Below, in pieces: positions 56,472 through 64,000 of a DNA stretch of 64,000 nucleotides; position 1 is the first letter of the stretch; the number at the start of each line of letters is the position of its first letter. Origin of the DNA: a virus (Duplodnaviria; Caudoviricetes); IMG/VR virus record IMGVR_UViG_3300030329_003041, positions 1,795-65,794 of that record; one strand, 5' to 3'. A program made the position numbers and the translations under genes. The notes beneath the pieces are model-generated. The model was not told the origin of the DNA. It did no database searches and saw only the letters and a program-made list of their open reading frames with translations.

Positions 56472-57197
56472 CTATAAAGTCTCAGTTTGCAAATACTGTT
56501 TTGGGTCGAAGTTGCTGTTTTTATAAAACAAGTCATATTGTTCACTTGCTTGTTTAACTTTAGCTTCACCCTTTTCATAAAACTGTGGTGAGCAGTCGAA
56601 TAAACCAATCTGTTGAGTATTTTTGTCAATGACCATAAATATCATCTCATAACCAAATAACTTACTATAAATATAAGATTGACTGTCATAGTTGTACTTA
56701 GATGCTGACCATCTAAATTTACTTATGTCAGACGTAGTTTTAAGATCAATAACAAGTTTCTCTTCATGATTGATTATATCCGCCTTGCCCTTCCACATAT
56801 TACCAAACAGTTCAATAATGTTAGGCTCTTCAAACACATTTCCTTTACAATGAATAAGTGATCTGCATACATCGTTTTCCAATATAACTTCAGTCAACAT
56901 ATTTGCTGTATCAGCTTCATGTTTCAATAAACACATTTCACCGCCTGATATTTCTTTATACGCTTTAGTATTTCTACTACTAGAGTCTATTATTCTAAAA
57001 CTTTTAAGTTTTTCAGGCTCTAATATTGCTGTATGAAAATAACCACCGACAAGAAATGCAGGGATTTTCTTTTGAGGCTCTTTCAACATGAGGGGATTAT
57101 TAATTAGAGTTGCGATGTTGGAGTTACTCAAATACTGTTGTCCAAACTCTCCATAGTAATCCTCGTCATTTCTTAGCCGGTCGATTATTTTTTTCAT
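56472..57197 (-). CDS. RecE/exonuclease VIII-like PD-(D/E)XK exonuclease
   Basis: YLSNS, G..FH..ILEP, KGKAD, IDLKTT, Y..Q..Y. Confidence 0.85.
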   Translation of the reverse strand: MKKIIDRLRNDEDYYGEFGQQYLSNSNIATLINNPLMLKEPQKKIPAFLVGGYFHTAILEPEKLKSFRIIDSSSRNTKAYKEISGGEMCLLKHEADTANMLTEVILENDVCRSLIHCKGNVFEEPNIIELFGNMWKGKADIINHEEKLVIDLKTTSDISKFRWSASKYNYDSQSYIYSKLFGYEMIFMVIDKNTQQIGLFDCSPQFYEKGEAKVKQASEQYDLFYKNSNFDPKQYLQTETL

Positions 57198-57760
57198 TAT
57201 AGTGTACTAATTAGTTTCTTAAGTTCTTGATCTTGCTTAACAGTTATAGTATATTTGGATTCAATAGCAGTCATACTACCACCGCCAGATATAAACTCTT
57301 TAGCTTTAGTAAATTGATCTTTATTCATCTTAGGTTTCTTAGCGGCTAAAGTTTTAGCTGTAGTATTACCATGAGTATTAGTAGCATCAGCATCTTCTGT
57401 ATCATCAATTAAGAATAAATTACCAAGAGCATACTTTTTACCATATGTAGACGCAGCTCCAAATTGCTGTGAGGTCTGCATACCTTTTTGACCTAGATCA
57501 ACTCCAACTATAGCCGTCGCGTGTATAGCACTTGTGCCATCGCTAATGGTAGCAGTAGTCTTCATCATAGGTACAGGTTCAGTGCCTATAATCTCTTCAG
57601 TCGTTACTACATATACTTTATGTTCTAATAGAAATGGCTTTACAGCCTCTAAGATGTCTTCTGCTTTACGGAAATAGTATTTTCCGAACGAGTTATACGA
57701 AGACTTTTTCGCTTTTAACTTGGTCTGAATATCAGCCAATTTAGTAGTTAATTCTGCCAT
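57197..57760 (-). CDS. erf: ERF-family single-strand annealing protein
   Basis: N.FGKY.FR..EDI, Q..GAASTY.KKYAL..LF.I.D..DAD. Confidence 0.85.
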   Translation of the reverse strand: MAELTTKLADIQTKLKAKKSSYNSFGKYYFRKAEDILEAVKPFLLEHKVYVVTTEEIIGTEPVPMMKTTATISDGTSAIHATAIVGVDLGQKGMQTSQQFGAASTYGKKYALGNLFLIDDTEDADATNTHGNTTAKTLAAKKPKMNKDQFTKAKEFISGGGSMTAIESKYTITVKQDQELKKLISTL

Positions 57761-57777
57761 AGGTTTAAGGTTTAAAT

Positions 57778-58530
57778 TTAACTTAGATACTCCGACAGTT
57801 TAGAGTAATCCATTACTTGCTTTAATTTTTCAATAGCTTGCTTTTTTAATTGCGATACTCTAACATAAGAACTTGCTCCTCCTATATTTAATATCTCAGC
57901 TATTTGTTTTGCAGACTTTTTTTTACAGCCAAGTCCAAAGCTATATCTTATAATGTGAAATTCTTTATCAGTAAGATGCTTCATCATTATTTTTAATATT
58001 TTCTGGTGTAAGACTTCTATTTTTAATGGATCTGTAGATTTATCTTCAATCTGCATATACATATTGTCTCCAACCTTTTCATCTATACTAATAAACATAG
58101 AGTTGTAAAACATTGCTTGTTTCTCTTTATCATGCTCAAATCCTTTTCGTATATCATTCAACTTATGTTCTGGTATACGCATTGCAGAGCGATTAATATC
58201 TGTACCTCTTCGTATTGCACCTCTTATACGTTTAGCGAAAAATGATTTAATAGTTTTTTCTGGGTCGTCAGACTCAGTTATTATTTTACTATCCCATCTG
58301 TCCACAGCTTTTATAAGACCAGCATTACCAATGCTAATTAAATCGTCTATATTCATTATTCCAGACGCAGCATCAGAAGTTGAGAATTTTCTAGCAATAT
58401 TTTCAACTAACGGTAAAAACTTTATTATTAATTCATCACGAGTATATTCATCCCAAAATTTACCTTCAGGTTGATTTGATCGTATGTCTTTTTTATACCT
58501 ACGATAATTTTTACTGTTGTGATTTCTCAT
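57778..58530 (-). CDS. sigma-70 family RNA polymerase sigma factor
   Basis: LIIKFLPLVENIARKF, DDLISIGNAGLIKAVDRWD, RIRGAI, SIDE, region 4 LTDKE..IAEIL..RVSQLKKQAIEKLK. Confidence 0.92.
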   Translation of the reverse strand: MRNHNSKNYRRYKKDIRSNQPEGKFWDEYTRDELIIKFLPLVENIARKFSTSDAASGIMNIDDLISIGNAGLIKAVDRWDSKIITESDDPEKTIKSFFAKRIRGAIRRGTDINRSAMRIPEHKLNDIRKGFEHDKEKQAMFYNSMFISIDEKVGDNMYMQIEDKSTDPLKIEVLHQKILKIMMKHLTDKEFHIIRYSFGLGCKKKSAKQIAEILNIGGASSYVRVSQLKKQAIEKLKQVMDYSKLSEYLS

Positions 58531-58554
58531 CGCGTCAACGAATATATAAAAAAT

Positions 58555-59184
58555 TTACAATAATAGTTGCTGATTTAATAATTCTTTTTCTTTTTTAAGT
58601 TCGTTACACATTCGTCTATGCACAGTTCGAGTTGTGACGTTTAATATATCAGAGATGCGTTGTATCGTGATCTTTTTGTTATCGTGATTAAGTTGTATCA
58701 TAATATCATAAACGTCATCAGAACTGATCTTTTGAGACCGCCCAATTAATTTACCTACAATACTTAACTTCTCTTCTTTAGTTAAAATACTATGCCATTT
58801 AAAAATAACTTTACGAGACTTATTAACAGGTGGTTGATCAAGGTCGCACATGCTAACATCGTACACTATATTTTCTAAAGTGTTTTTAGGTATTTTAAAA
58901 CTAACAAATCCATATTCCATCTTAACGATGTCTTCTGCTAAATATCTAAAATCATCCATAGTTAGTTGAGGGTTTAAATACCATATAACTAATAGATGCC
59001 ATTTTAAAGACTTGTAAGTATTTATTTTAGCTTTAGATTGAAACAGTGAATAACATTGATGAGTACCATTTTGGTAATACATGTAATCATGTGTATCTAT
59101 GTCAGGTACATCAGTTATTGGATTTCTTTTATAAACGATGCGCCTATCATCTAACAGCTTTAATCTTCTTTCAAACTGTGACAT
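58555..59184 (-). CDS. HTH DNA-binding protein, candidate replication initiator/regulator
   Basis: C-terminal HTH ITIQRISDILNVTTRTVHR; palindromic site over its start codon. Confidence 0.65.
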   Translation of the reverse strand: MSQFERRLKLLDDRRIVYKRNPITDVPDIDTHDYMYYQNGTHQCYSLFQSKAKINTYKSLKWHLLVIWYLNPQLTMDDFRYLAEDIVKMEYGFVSFKIPKNTLENIVYDVSMCDLDQPPVNKSRKVIFKWHSILTKEEKLSIVGKLIGRSQKISSDDVYDIMIQLNHDNKKITIQRISDILNVTTRTVHRRMCNELKKEKELLNQQLLL

Positions 59185-59222
59185 AAGCCTGTTATTATTA
59201 TAGCTAACTAGCTATTGTCACA
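59177..59222. promoter_or_regulatory. inverted-repeat operator-like site, copy 2
   Basis: TGTGACATAAGC...GCTATTGTCACA, overlapping the ATG of 58555..59184. Confidence 0.6.
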
Positions 59223-59329
59223 CTGTTGGTAGCTGGTTTTAATGTATAAAGGATGATCCTTTTTCCTTTATCATTCTTGAATTTAATTTTATTAAATTCT
59301 TTGATTCGGTTTTTTAAATTTGGTTTCAT
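59204..59329 (-). CDS. small basic ORF, probably leaderless (not in the ORF track)
   Basis: 41 aa MKPNLKNRIKEFNKIKF...; ATG 6 nt from promoter copy 5. Confidence 0.45.
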   Translation of the reverse strand: MKPNLKNRIKEFNKIKFKNDKGKRIILYTLKPATNSVTIAS

Positions 59330-59334
59330 ACTGG

Positions 59335-59367
59335 TATTATCTATTGGTGTTCGTATTTAGTTTGTGT
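59335..59367 (-). promoter_or_regulatory. phage early promoter-like motif, copy 5
   Basis: TATTATCT-ATTGGTGT-TCGT-ATTTAG-TTTGTGT on +. Confidence 0.78.
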
Positions 59368-60032
59368 TAGTGTTTATTTAATAGCTCTAATACATCAAAT
59401 AAAGCTTTATGTCTATGGTTGTCTTCTAGTACAACTTTATATACGTGCTCAGAAGATGTTATTTTAGACACTTCATGTATCGCGGAATAATTCTTATCGC
59501 TTAAATCTATTTGTTGTCTATCACCACAGAATATCATTATAGAATCTTTACCTAAACGACTAAGAGCCATTTGGAACTGTGATCTAGTTAAGTTTTGGAA
59601 TTCATCTACAATAACTACTGAAGAGTCAAACGTACGACCTCTAAAATGCGCAAGAGATACTAATTCTATATCCTCATCATTAGTCATAGATTCAAGCTTA
59701 TCAGGTTTGTTGTACACTTTACGCATGTTAGACATGATAGGTACAAGCCAAGGTTCCATCTTCTCTTTTTCAGATCCAGGTAAAAACCCATTATCTTCAG
59801 TTGATACAGTTGGTCTAGTAATTATTATCTTGTTATATTGTCTTTTAAAGAACATATCAAGAGCTATTTGTACTGCCAATAGCGTTTTACCGCTACCAGC
59901 ATTACCAACTATAAAACTAAATGGGTGATTTATTATTTCTGCTTTAGCAGCTTTTTGTTCATCTGATAAAGTAATAGAGAACCTAATGTTATTTTTAGGT
60001 GGCTTCTTACTTTTATTATCTGTTTTACTCAA
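59367..60032 (-). CDS. phoH: PhoH family ATPase
   Basis: GNAGSGKT, ITRP, GFLPG, RGRTF, DEFQN, GD..Q.D. Confidence 0.95.
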   Translation of the reverse strand: MSKTDNKSKKPPKNNIRFSITLSDEQKAAKAEIINHPFSFIVGNAGSGKTLLAVQIALDMFFKRQYNKIIITRPTVSTEDNGFLPGSEKEKMEPWLVPIMSNMRKVYNKPDKLESMTNDEDIELVSLAHFRGRTFDSSVVIVDEFQNLTRSQFQMALSRLGKDSIMIFCGDRQQIDLSDKNYSAIHEVSKITSSEHVYKVVLEDNHRHKALFDVLELLNKH

Positions 60033-60318
60033 GATTTTCTACAATTTTACTTAATCTTTCTATATGAGCTTTTATTAAGTGACACTTTTCATACTCTTCT
60101 CTTTCCTCATACAGATTGTTTAGTGTCATAAGTCTAGCTAATTCACCAATAACATGATCATCATCTCTATCGGCATACCATATCATGTCTTCACCTTCAT
60201 AAGGTTTAGTATCCTTTTTAGGATTTTGTATACCATATATTCTTTTTACTATTTGATCTGCTAATTTTGAAGCTAACTTGTCTAATTTTTCATCAGTCAT
60301 ACTCTCAGTCCTATTCAT
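60025..60318 (-). CDS. hypothetical protein with UVR-like C-terminus
   Basis: EEYEKC..IK pattern. Confidence 0.65.
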   Translation of the reverse strand: MNRTESMTDEKLDKLASKLADQIVKRIYGIQNPKKDTKPYEGEDMIWYADRDDDHVIGELARLMTLNNLYEEREEYEKCHLIKAHIERLSKIVENLE

Positions 60319-60703
60319 TGTACCTATCTATAAGATCACGTGCAGTACCTACGAATATACATGAATACATTGGATCACCACCATCTGGTTCTGGATGACC
60401 ACAGCATGGACAATTAGCTTCTGTCCTCTCCCATATACTTATATTTGTCTCTTTATCAGGATGTTGCCATATATAGTATATAAATTCAAGATTTTTTCTT
60501 TCTATAGGTTTATCATCAAACTCTAAATAATTAATAGAGTAATTACCTATTGACATAGACTTAGCAATGTCTAGACCTAAACTACCCGGGTTACCATCGT
60601 AATGCCTGTAGAGACGCGCGTGTATAGCATCGAGCGGTGGATGCTGTGAAAATGACTGACCTTTTTGTCTAGTCACGAATCTAATTTGTGCTGGAGTACT
60701 CAT
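60311..60703 (-). CDS. early phage protein
   Basis: MST...LYRHYDG.P..LG motif common in phage early genes; CPCCG. Confidence 0.7.
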   Translation of the reverse strand: MSTPAQIRFVTRQKGQSFSQHPPLDAIHARLYRHYDGNPGSLGLDIAKSMSIGNYSINYLEFDDKPIERKNLEFIYYIWQHPDKETNISIWERTEANCPCCGHPEPDGGDPMYSCIFVGTARDLIDRYNE

Positions 60704-60941
60704 AATATTTATCTTGCATTAAGTTTATTAATTCTCTACCGTCTCTAGTATGGAAGCCATAACTATGTGACATACCATCAGAAGTTGGTCTATTAGCTAG
60801 TAACAACTCCATTAGTTCACGAGCTGCTATTTCTGTATGATTAGATACATATGTAATAGCTTCAGCCATAGCAGTCATATTATGACGTGGTTCCTCGTTT
60901 AACTCTTCAACTATATAGTCTCTTACCTCTTGTGCTTTCAT
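60681..60941 (-). CDS. hypothetical protein
   Basis: 86-aa coupled ORF. Confidence 0.7.
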   Translation of the reverse strand: MKAQEVRDYIVEELNEEPRHNMTAMAEAITYVSNHTEIAARELMELLLANRPTSDGMSHSYGFHTRDGRELINLMQDKYYEYSSTN

Positions 60942-61258
60942 TCAAATAAATCTATTTTATTTAATAATTCTTTTGTTTTCTTCTCAACCATAGACTCTAA
61001 GAAAGTTTCTTTCATGTTTCTTACTATCAATTGTTTAAGTTCATCCCAATCAAAGTGATTCCACGGATCTTTTATTTCCTCACCATCAAATCTTGATTGT
61101 GGTTTTACACGTTTATGATACCATTGCACACCATTGCGATTTAAATCAGTGTTATGTATACCGAAACTACGCATTTCATCTACAACTTTTTCAGCATGCT
61201 CGCGTATTTGTGCGATTGCTTTAGATTTTAATTGCTTTTCAATTTCGTTTGTTGTCAT
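60938..61258 (-). CDS. hypothetical protein
   Basis: 106-aa coupled ORF. Confidence 0.7.
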   Translation of the reverse strand: MTTNEIEKQLKSKAIAQIREHAEKVVDEMRSFGIHNTDLNRNGVQWYHKRVKPQSRFDGEEIKDPWNHFDWDELKQLIVRNMKETFLESMVEKKTKELLNKIDLFE

Positions 61259-61347
61259 AACTTTTCTTTTATTTGTTTAATACATTCAAAAGCGTTAATG
61301 CTTCCGATTTCATATTCTTCAATAATAAATAGTATTTCTTCTTTCAT
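61255..61347 (-). CDS. very small ORF (not in the ORF track)
   Basis: 30 aa MKEEILFIIEEYEIG...; ATGA overlap with the next gene. Confidence 0.45.
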   Translation of the reverse strand: MKEEILFIIEEYEIGSINAFECIKQIKEKL

Positions 61348-61352
61348 GATTT

Positions 61353-61634
61353 CTAGTCTAATAAAATATAATATGCTTCTACGTTATTATGTCTAAACCA
61401 ATCTAAACCTTTACGCATTTCTTTTTGAAATGGTATAGTACGAGGATCAAACATGTCACCTCTATACTTAGTATCAATAACTAGTTGCGCACCCATCAGC
61501 ATATCATATATAGATAGCTCAAGTGCATTTAGTTCATACTTAACCCCACTGTAAGGGTTTGTTACTGTGGCTCCTCGATCATATACGTCTCCCATGAACC
61601 ATTTAGGAACCTTTTGTTCTTTAGTTTTACTCAT
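61353..61634 (-). CDS. hypothetical protein
   Basis: 93 aa; ends EAYYILLD. Confidence 0.75.
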   Translation of the reverse strand: MSKTKEQKVPKWFMGDVYDRGATVTNPYSGVKYELNALELSIYDMLMGAQLVIDTKYRGDMFDPRTIPFQKEMRKGLDWFRHNNVEAYYILLD

Positions 61635-61867
61635 TTGTTTTCATTTAAAAATTTATCACCGTGTATAAAATCCCATAAAGATACTTCTAGTAAAGTAATA
61701 TGGGTGAAACCAATAATTCTAGTAACTGTTTCAATCTTTAAATCATTCCAGAATTTATTAGCTTTTAGTTCTTCAACTATCATGTTGCCAGTAGTTGGGT
61801 ATCTATCTATTTCATCTAAAATACCTTGTTTTACTTCAGGCTTTAGCCTTTCAAATAGTGTTTTCAT
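61631..61867 (-). CDS. hypothetical protein
   Basis: 78 aa downstream of promoter copy 6. Confidence 0.75.
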   Translation of the reverse strand: MKTLFERLKPEVKQGILDEIDRYPTTGNMIVEELKANKFWNDLKIETVTRIIGFTHITLLEVSLWDFIHGDKFLNENK

Positions 61868-61892
61868 ACTTTATTTAATTTAAATTCATAGT

Positions 61893-61925
61893 TATTATCT
61901 GTTAGTAGTCGTGTTCAATTTGTGA
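61893..61925 (-). promoter_or_regulatory. phage early promoter-like motif, copy 6
   Basis: TATTATCT-GTTAGTAG-TCGT-GTTCAA-TTTGTGA on +. Confidence 0.8.
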
Positions 61926-62088
61926 TAGGTTTTACATCATCTACACCATCATCAAATGATTGATAAAACTCTTGTTCTTCCATTTTACTATTCACTGTTT
62001 TTGTGTATACAAACCTAACTTCTCCTGTACTTCTACCTGAGAAGTCTCTTTTATATACAGTTATTTTATAAGTTATAGGATATTCCAT
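61915..62088 (-). CDS. small hypothetical protein (not in the ORF track)
   Basis: 57 aa MEYPITYKITVYKRDF... Confidence 0.55.
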   Translation of the reverse strand: MEYPITYKITVYKRDFSGRSTGEVRFVYTKTVNSKMEEQEFYQSFDDGVDDVKPITN

Positions 62089-62093
62089 TTTAA

Positions 62094-62700
62094 TTAGTGC
62101 ATTACTAAACCAATTTTATTGTTTTTACTAAACCATTTAGTAGCATAGAGATCGTACTTACTAGCATCTGAGTAACCAGCTTGTTTAAGATCATCTATGC
62201 TTTTAAATATTTTAGTGTGCCGATCATTATCTTGATCTATTAATCTGCTTTGTCTGCCTGAGTCACTGAATATAATATCAAGGTTATCAGGTAGATCTGT
62301 ATTCTTAACCATTTTCACGCAGTTTGTATAAGCATAAAAGCGTACGTCCGGGTTGTGTATAGCAACAGCGCACCATTTATCTAAGTATTCTTTAGAATAA
62401 AAGTCACCACTATCGTGTATACGAACATAATCAGGTTCTTTAATAGTTATATCAGCATTAATTTTAGCTATAAACTTATCTGTTTTAGATAGTTCATATC
62501 TATTATTATATGCTCGTTTAACGTTAGGCCAGGTGAAAGCACCTTTTCTTGCGTAGCAGAATTTAATACAAGATCCAGCCATCGGGCAGGTTGTTTCACC
62601 TCCACCCGATTTATAAGCTGGAATCCCGAAATTAAACAACCTAACACTAAACTTGCTAGACGTTTGTTTTATTTTACTATTCTGAGTCAGTAGATTCATT
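62094..62700 (-). CDS. gp88-like protein (radical-SAM-related Cys motif)
   Basis: CPMAGSCIKFCYA, RIHDSGDFYS, FYAYT; start likely at MNLLTQN. Confidence 0.75.
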
Positions 62701-63045
62701 TTCTTGAATATTAAAGAAAGCATCTATAGCTTCGTATATTATTGAAGTTAAGTTGCTTCGATCATCAAAATTTATACTCTGTAACTGAATTCTATTATCA
62801 TAGTCTATTTCAAAATCACATTCGTAGTTATCCACATCGTCAAAATCATACTGGTCAATAATATCTTCTATTCTATTCGTTAGTTTAGAAAAATCATCAT
62901 TACTAAGCTTTGGCTTGTTAAAATCCTCTAACTCTTTAGTTAGTTTATTTTGCTCGTTAACTAAGTTCTTAACACCGTTGCTTGACTCTTCAATCAACAC
63001 GGTTAACTCTTTAATTCTTGTTTCTAATTCCTCTTTGGTTTTCAT
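62677..63045 (-). CDS. acidic coiled-coil hypothetical protein
   Basis: 122 aa downstream of promoter copy 7. Confidence 0.75.
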   Translation of the reverse strand: MKTKEELETRIKELTVLIEESSNGVKNLVNEQNKLTKELEDFNKPKLSNDDFSKLTNRIEDIIDQYDFDDVDNYECDFEIDYDNRIQLQSINFDDRSNLTSIIYEAIDAFFNIQENESTDSE

Positions 63046-63075
63046 AAGTGTTTGGTTTTTAATTAATTACGGGTT

Positions 63076-63108
63076 TATTATCTGTTAGTGATCGTATTAA
63101 GTTTGTGA
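63076..63108 (-). promoter_or_regulatory. phage early promoter-like motif, copy 7
   Basis: TATTATCT-GTTAGTGA-TCGT-ATTAAG-TTTGTGA on +. Confidence 0.8.
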
Positions 63109-63110
63109 TA

Positions 63111-63272
63111 CTATGGTTGTAAATACTCAGTTACTGGTCCGATTTCTACATCATCATCGTATATAATTATACTAGGGCATATACCATATTTTAATACATA
63201 CTCTATTATACCTTCTATTTCATCAGCGTGATATATATAGCTGATCGTGTCTTCTATTTTTATTGAGTACAT
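63111..63272 (-). CDS. small hypothetical protein (not in the ORF track)
   Basis: 53 aa MYSIKIEDTISY...; TAATG coupling. Confidence 0.55.
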   Translation of the reverse strand: MYSIKIEDTISYIYHADEIEGIIEYVLKYGICPSIIIYDDDVEIGPVTEYLQP

Positions 63273-63487
63273 TATTTAGAGTAGTTTTTAGGTGCAAACA
63301 TTAATCTCGTTTGTAATACTATTGCTTCACAATCTTCGTCAGATATATCACCTATATCATCATACTCGATTTCAAACTCGTCTAATACACGAGCAATACC
63401 ATTCCAAAATGTTGTATCTAAGTAATCTTCTAAGTCATCAGCCATGTAGCTAGCTATTTGTTCAATGTGTTCTTCTGTTAATTTCAT
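63272..63487 (-). CDS. very acidic small protein
   Basis: 71 aa, D/E-rich. Confidence 0.7.
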   Translation of the reverse strand: MKLTEEHIEQIASYMADDLEDYLDTTFWNGIARVLDEFEIEYDDIGDISDEDCEAIVLQTRLMFAPKNYSK

Positions 63488-63516
63488 AGTATTAAATTTA
63501 ATTTAGTAATAAAAAA

Positions 63517-63920
63517 AGTAGTGACCTAATCAAAGGACGAAAAGCTATGAAAAAGGAAACCTTATCATAGATCACTACTCATATAAATAAAATCTAGTTG
63601 TGGTTCACACTCTTATGGTGAATACTACGCACTGCGACCAGCCTCCCACTTTTTAGGCTAATTTAAGGATGATCAATTCCGGCCTTTGGAACTAGATTAA
63701 TAATAAGAGCAGTACCTTGTTTCATACCCCCGATCGACTGGGTTTCCCGGTGTTTACACTGCTCTTTAATATTAAGCAGAGAGAGGAGAACTGGTTAATT
63801 TTTATACTCCCTTTAGTCCAGACTCTCTGCAGTAAGCCTTATTCCTTCTACTTATCTGGATCTATTTACACGCGACCAGAATCAATCGAACCTTAAAGTT
63901 TACTTACATATAACCTGCTT
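63517..63920 (-). ncRNA. array of putative structured non-coding RNA units
   Basis: four consecutive elements, each closed by a perfect 8-9 bp stem and separated by short A/T linkers, plus a further structured segment; no ORF; strand inferred from context. Confidence 0.55.
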
Positions 63921-64000
63921 TAATATCTCCGCCCTGAGTGTTTAAAGCGACAGTTAATAATAAAAAGCTATGTTACTCGTCAGTAACTCCACTCCAGCGG

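Noticed and set aside
1779-61883. Short antisense or alternate-frame ORFs inside large genes (e.g. 2487..2822, 13032..13262, 16164..16505, 55896..56186, 61614..61883)
   Set aside because: Nested in or largely overlapping well-supported genes, with no motifs; expected shadow ORFs
63517-64000. CRISPR array, tRNA cluster or hammerhead ribozyme
   Set aside because: No repeated direct-repeat sequence, no cloverleaf with anticodon arm, and no intact CUGANGA core
1-64000. Stop-codon reassignment as in some crAss-like phages
   Set aside because: Long genes are intact in the standard code, and TAG/TGA end genes at tight junctions
1-64000. Prophage integration module
   Set aside because: No integrase, att site or flanking host housekeeping context seen; groEL, nrdAB and phoH are embedded among phage genes

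Overview
This window is most of the genome of an AT-rich, podovirus-type dsDNA phage with a crAss-like/marine Flavobacteria-phage gene layout. A T9SS sorting domain points to a Bacteroidota host. It uses the standard genetic code. The + strand arm (~1.0-49.2 kb) carries GroEL/GroES, terminase, portal, scaffold, major capsid, ring/muzzle tail proteins, ejected proteins including a 2864-aa giant, endolysin, tail fibres and a cell-envelope cassette. The - strand arm (49.2-64 kb, plus 1-0.85 kb) carries NrdAB, a resolvase, MazG-type enzymes, a T4-gp42-like dCMP hydroxymethylase, primase-helicase, SSB, RecE/ERF recombination genes, a sigma-70-family factor, PhoH and small early genes. The main observations are: (i) seven exactly spaced copies of a non-host promoter-like motif (TCACAAA-N6-ACGA-N8-AGATAATA) on the - strand arm, ahead of early genes; (ii) a sigma-70 region-2-like domain inside the giant putative virion-ejected protein, beside a zincin HExxH domain and repeated (I/V)K(F/Y)SK linkers, suggesting an injected sigma factor and a two-sigma cascade; (iii) an array of closed-stem non-coding RNA units at the right end; (iv) a T9SS cargo + outer-membrane barrel cassette; (v) a probable cytosine-modification module. 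All family assignments are by eye from motifs; no database search was run.
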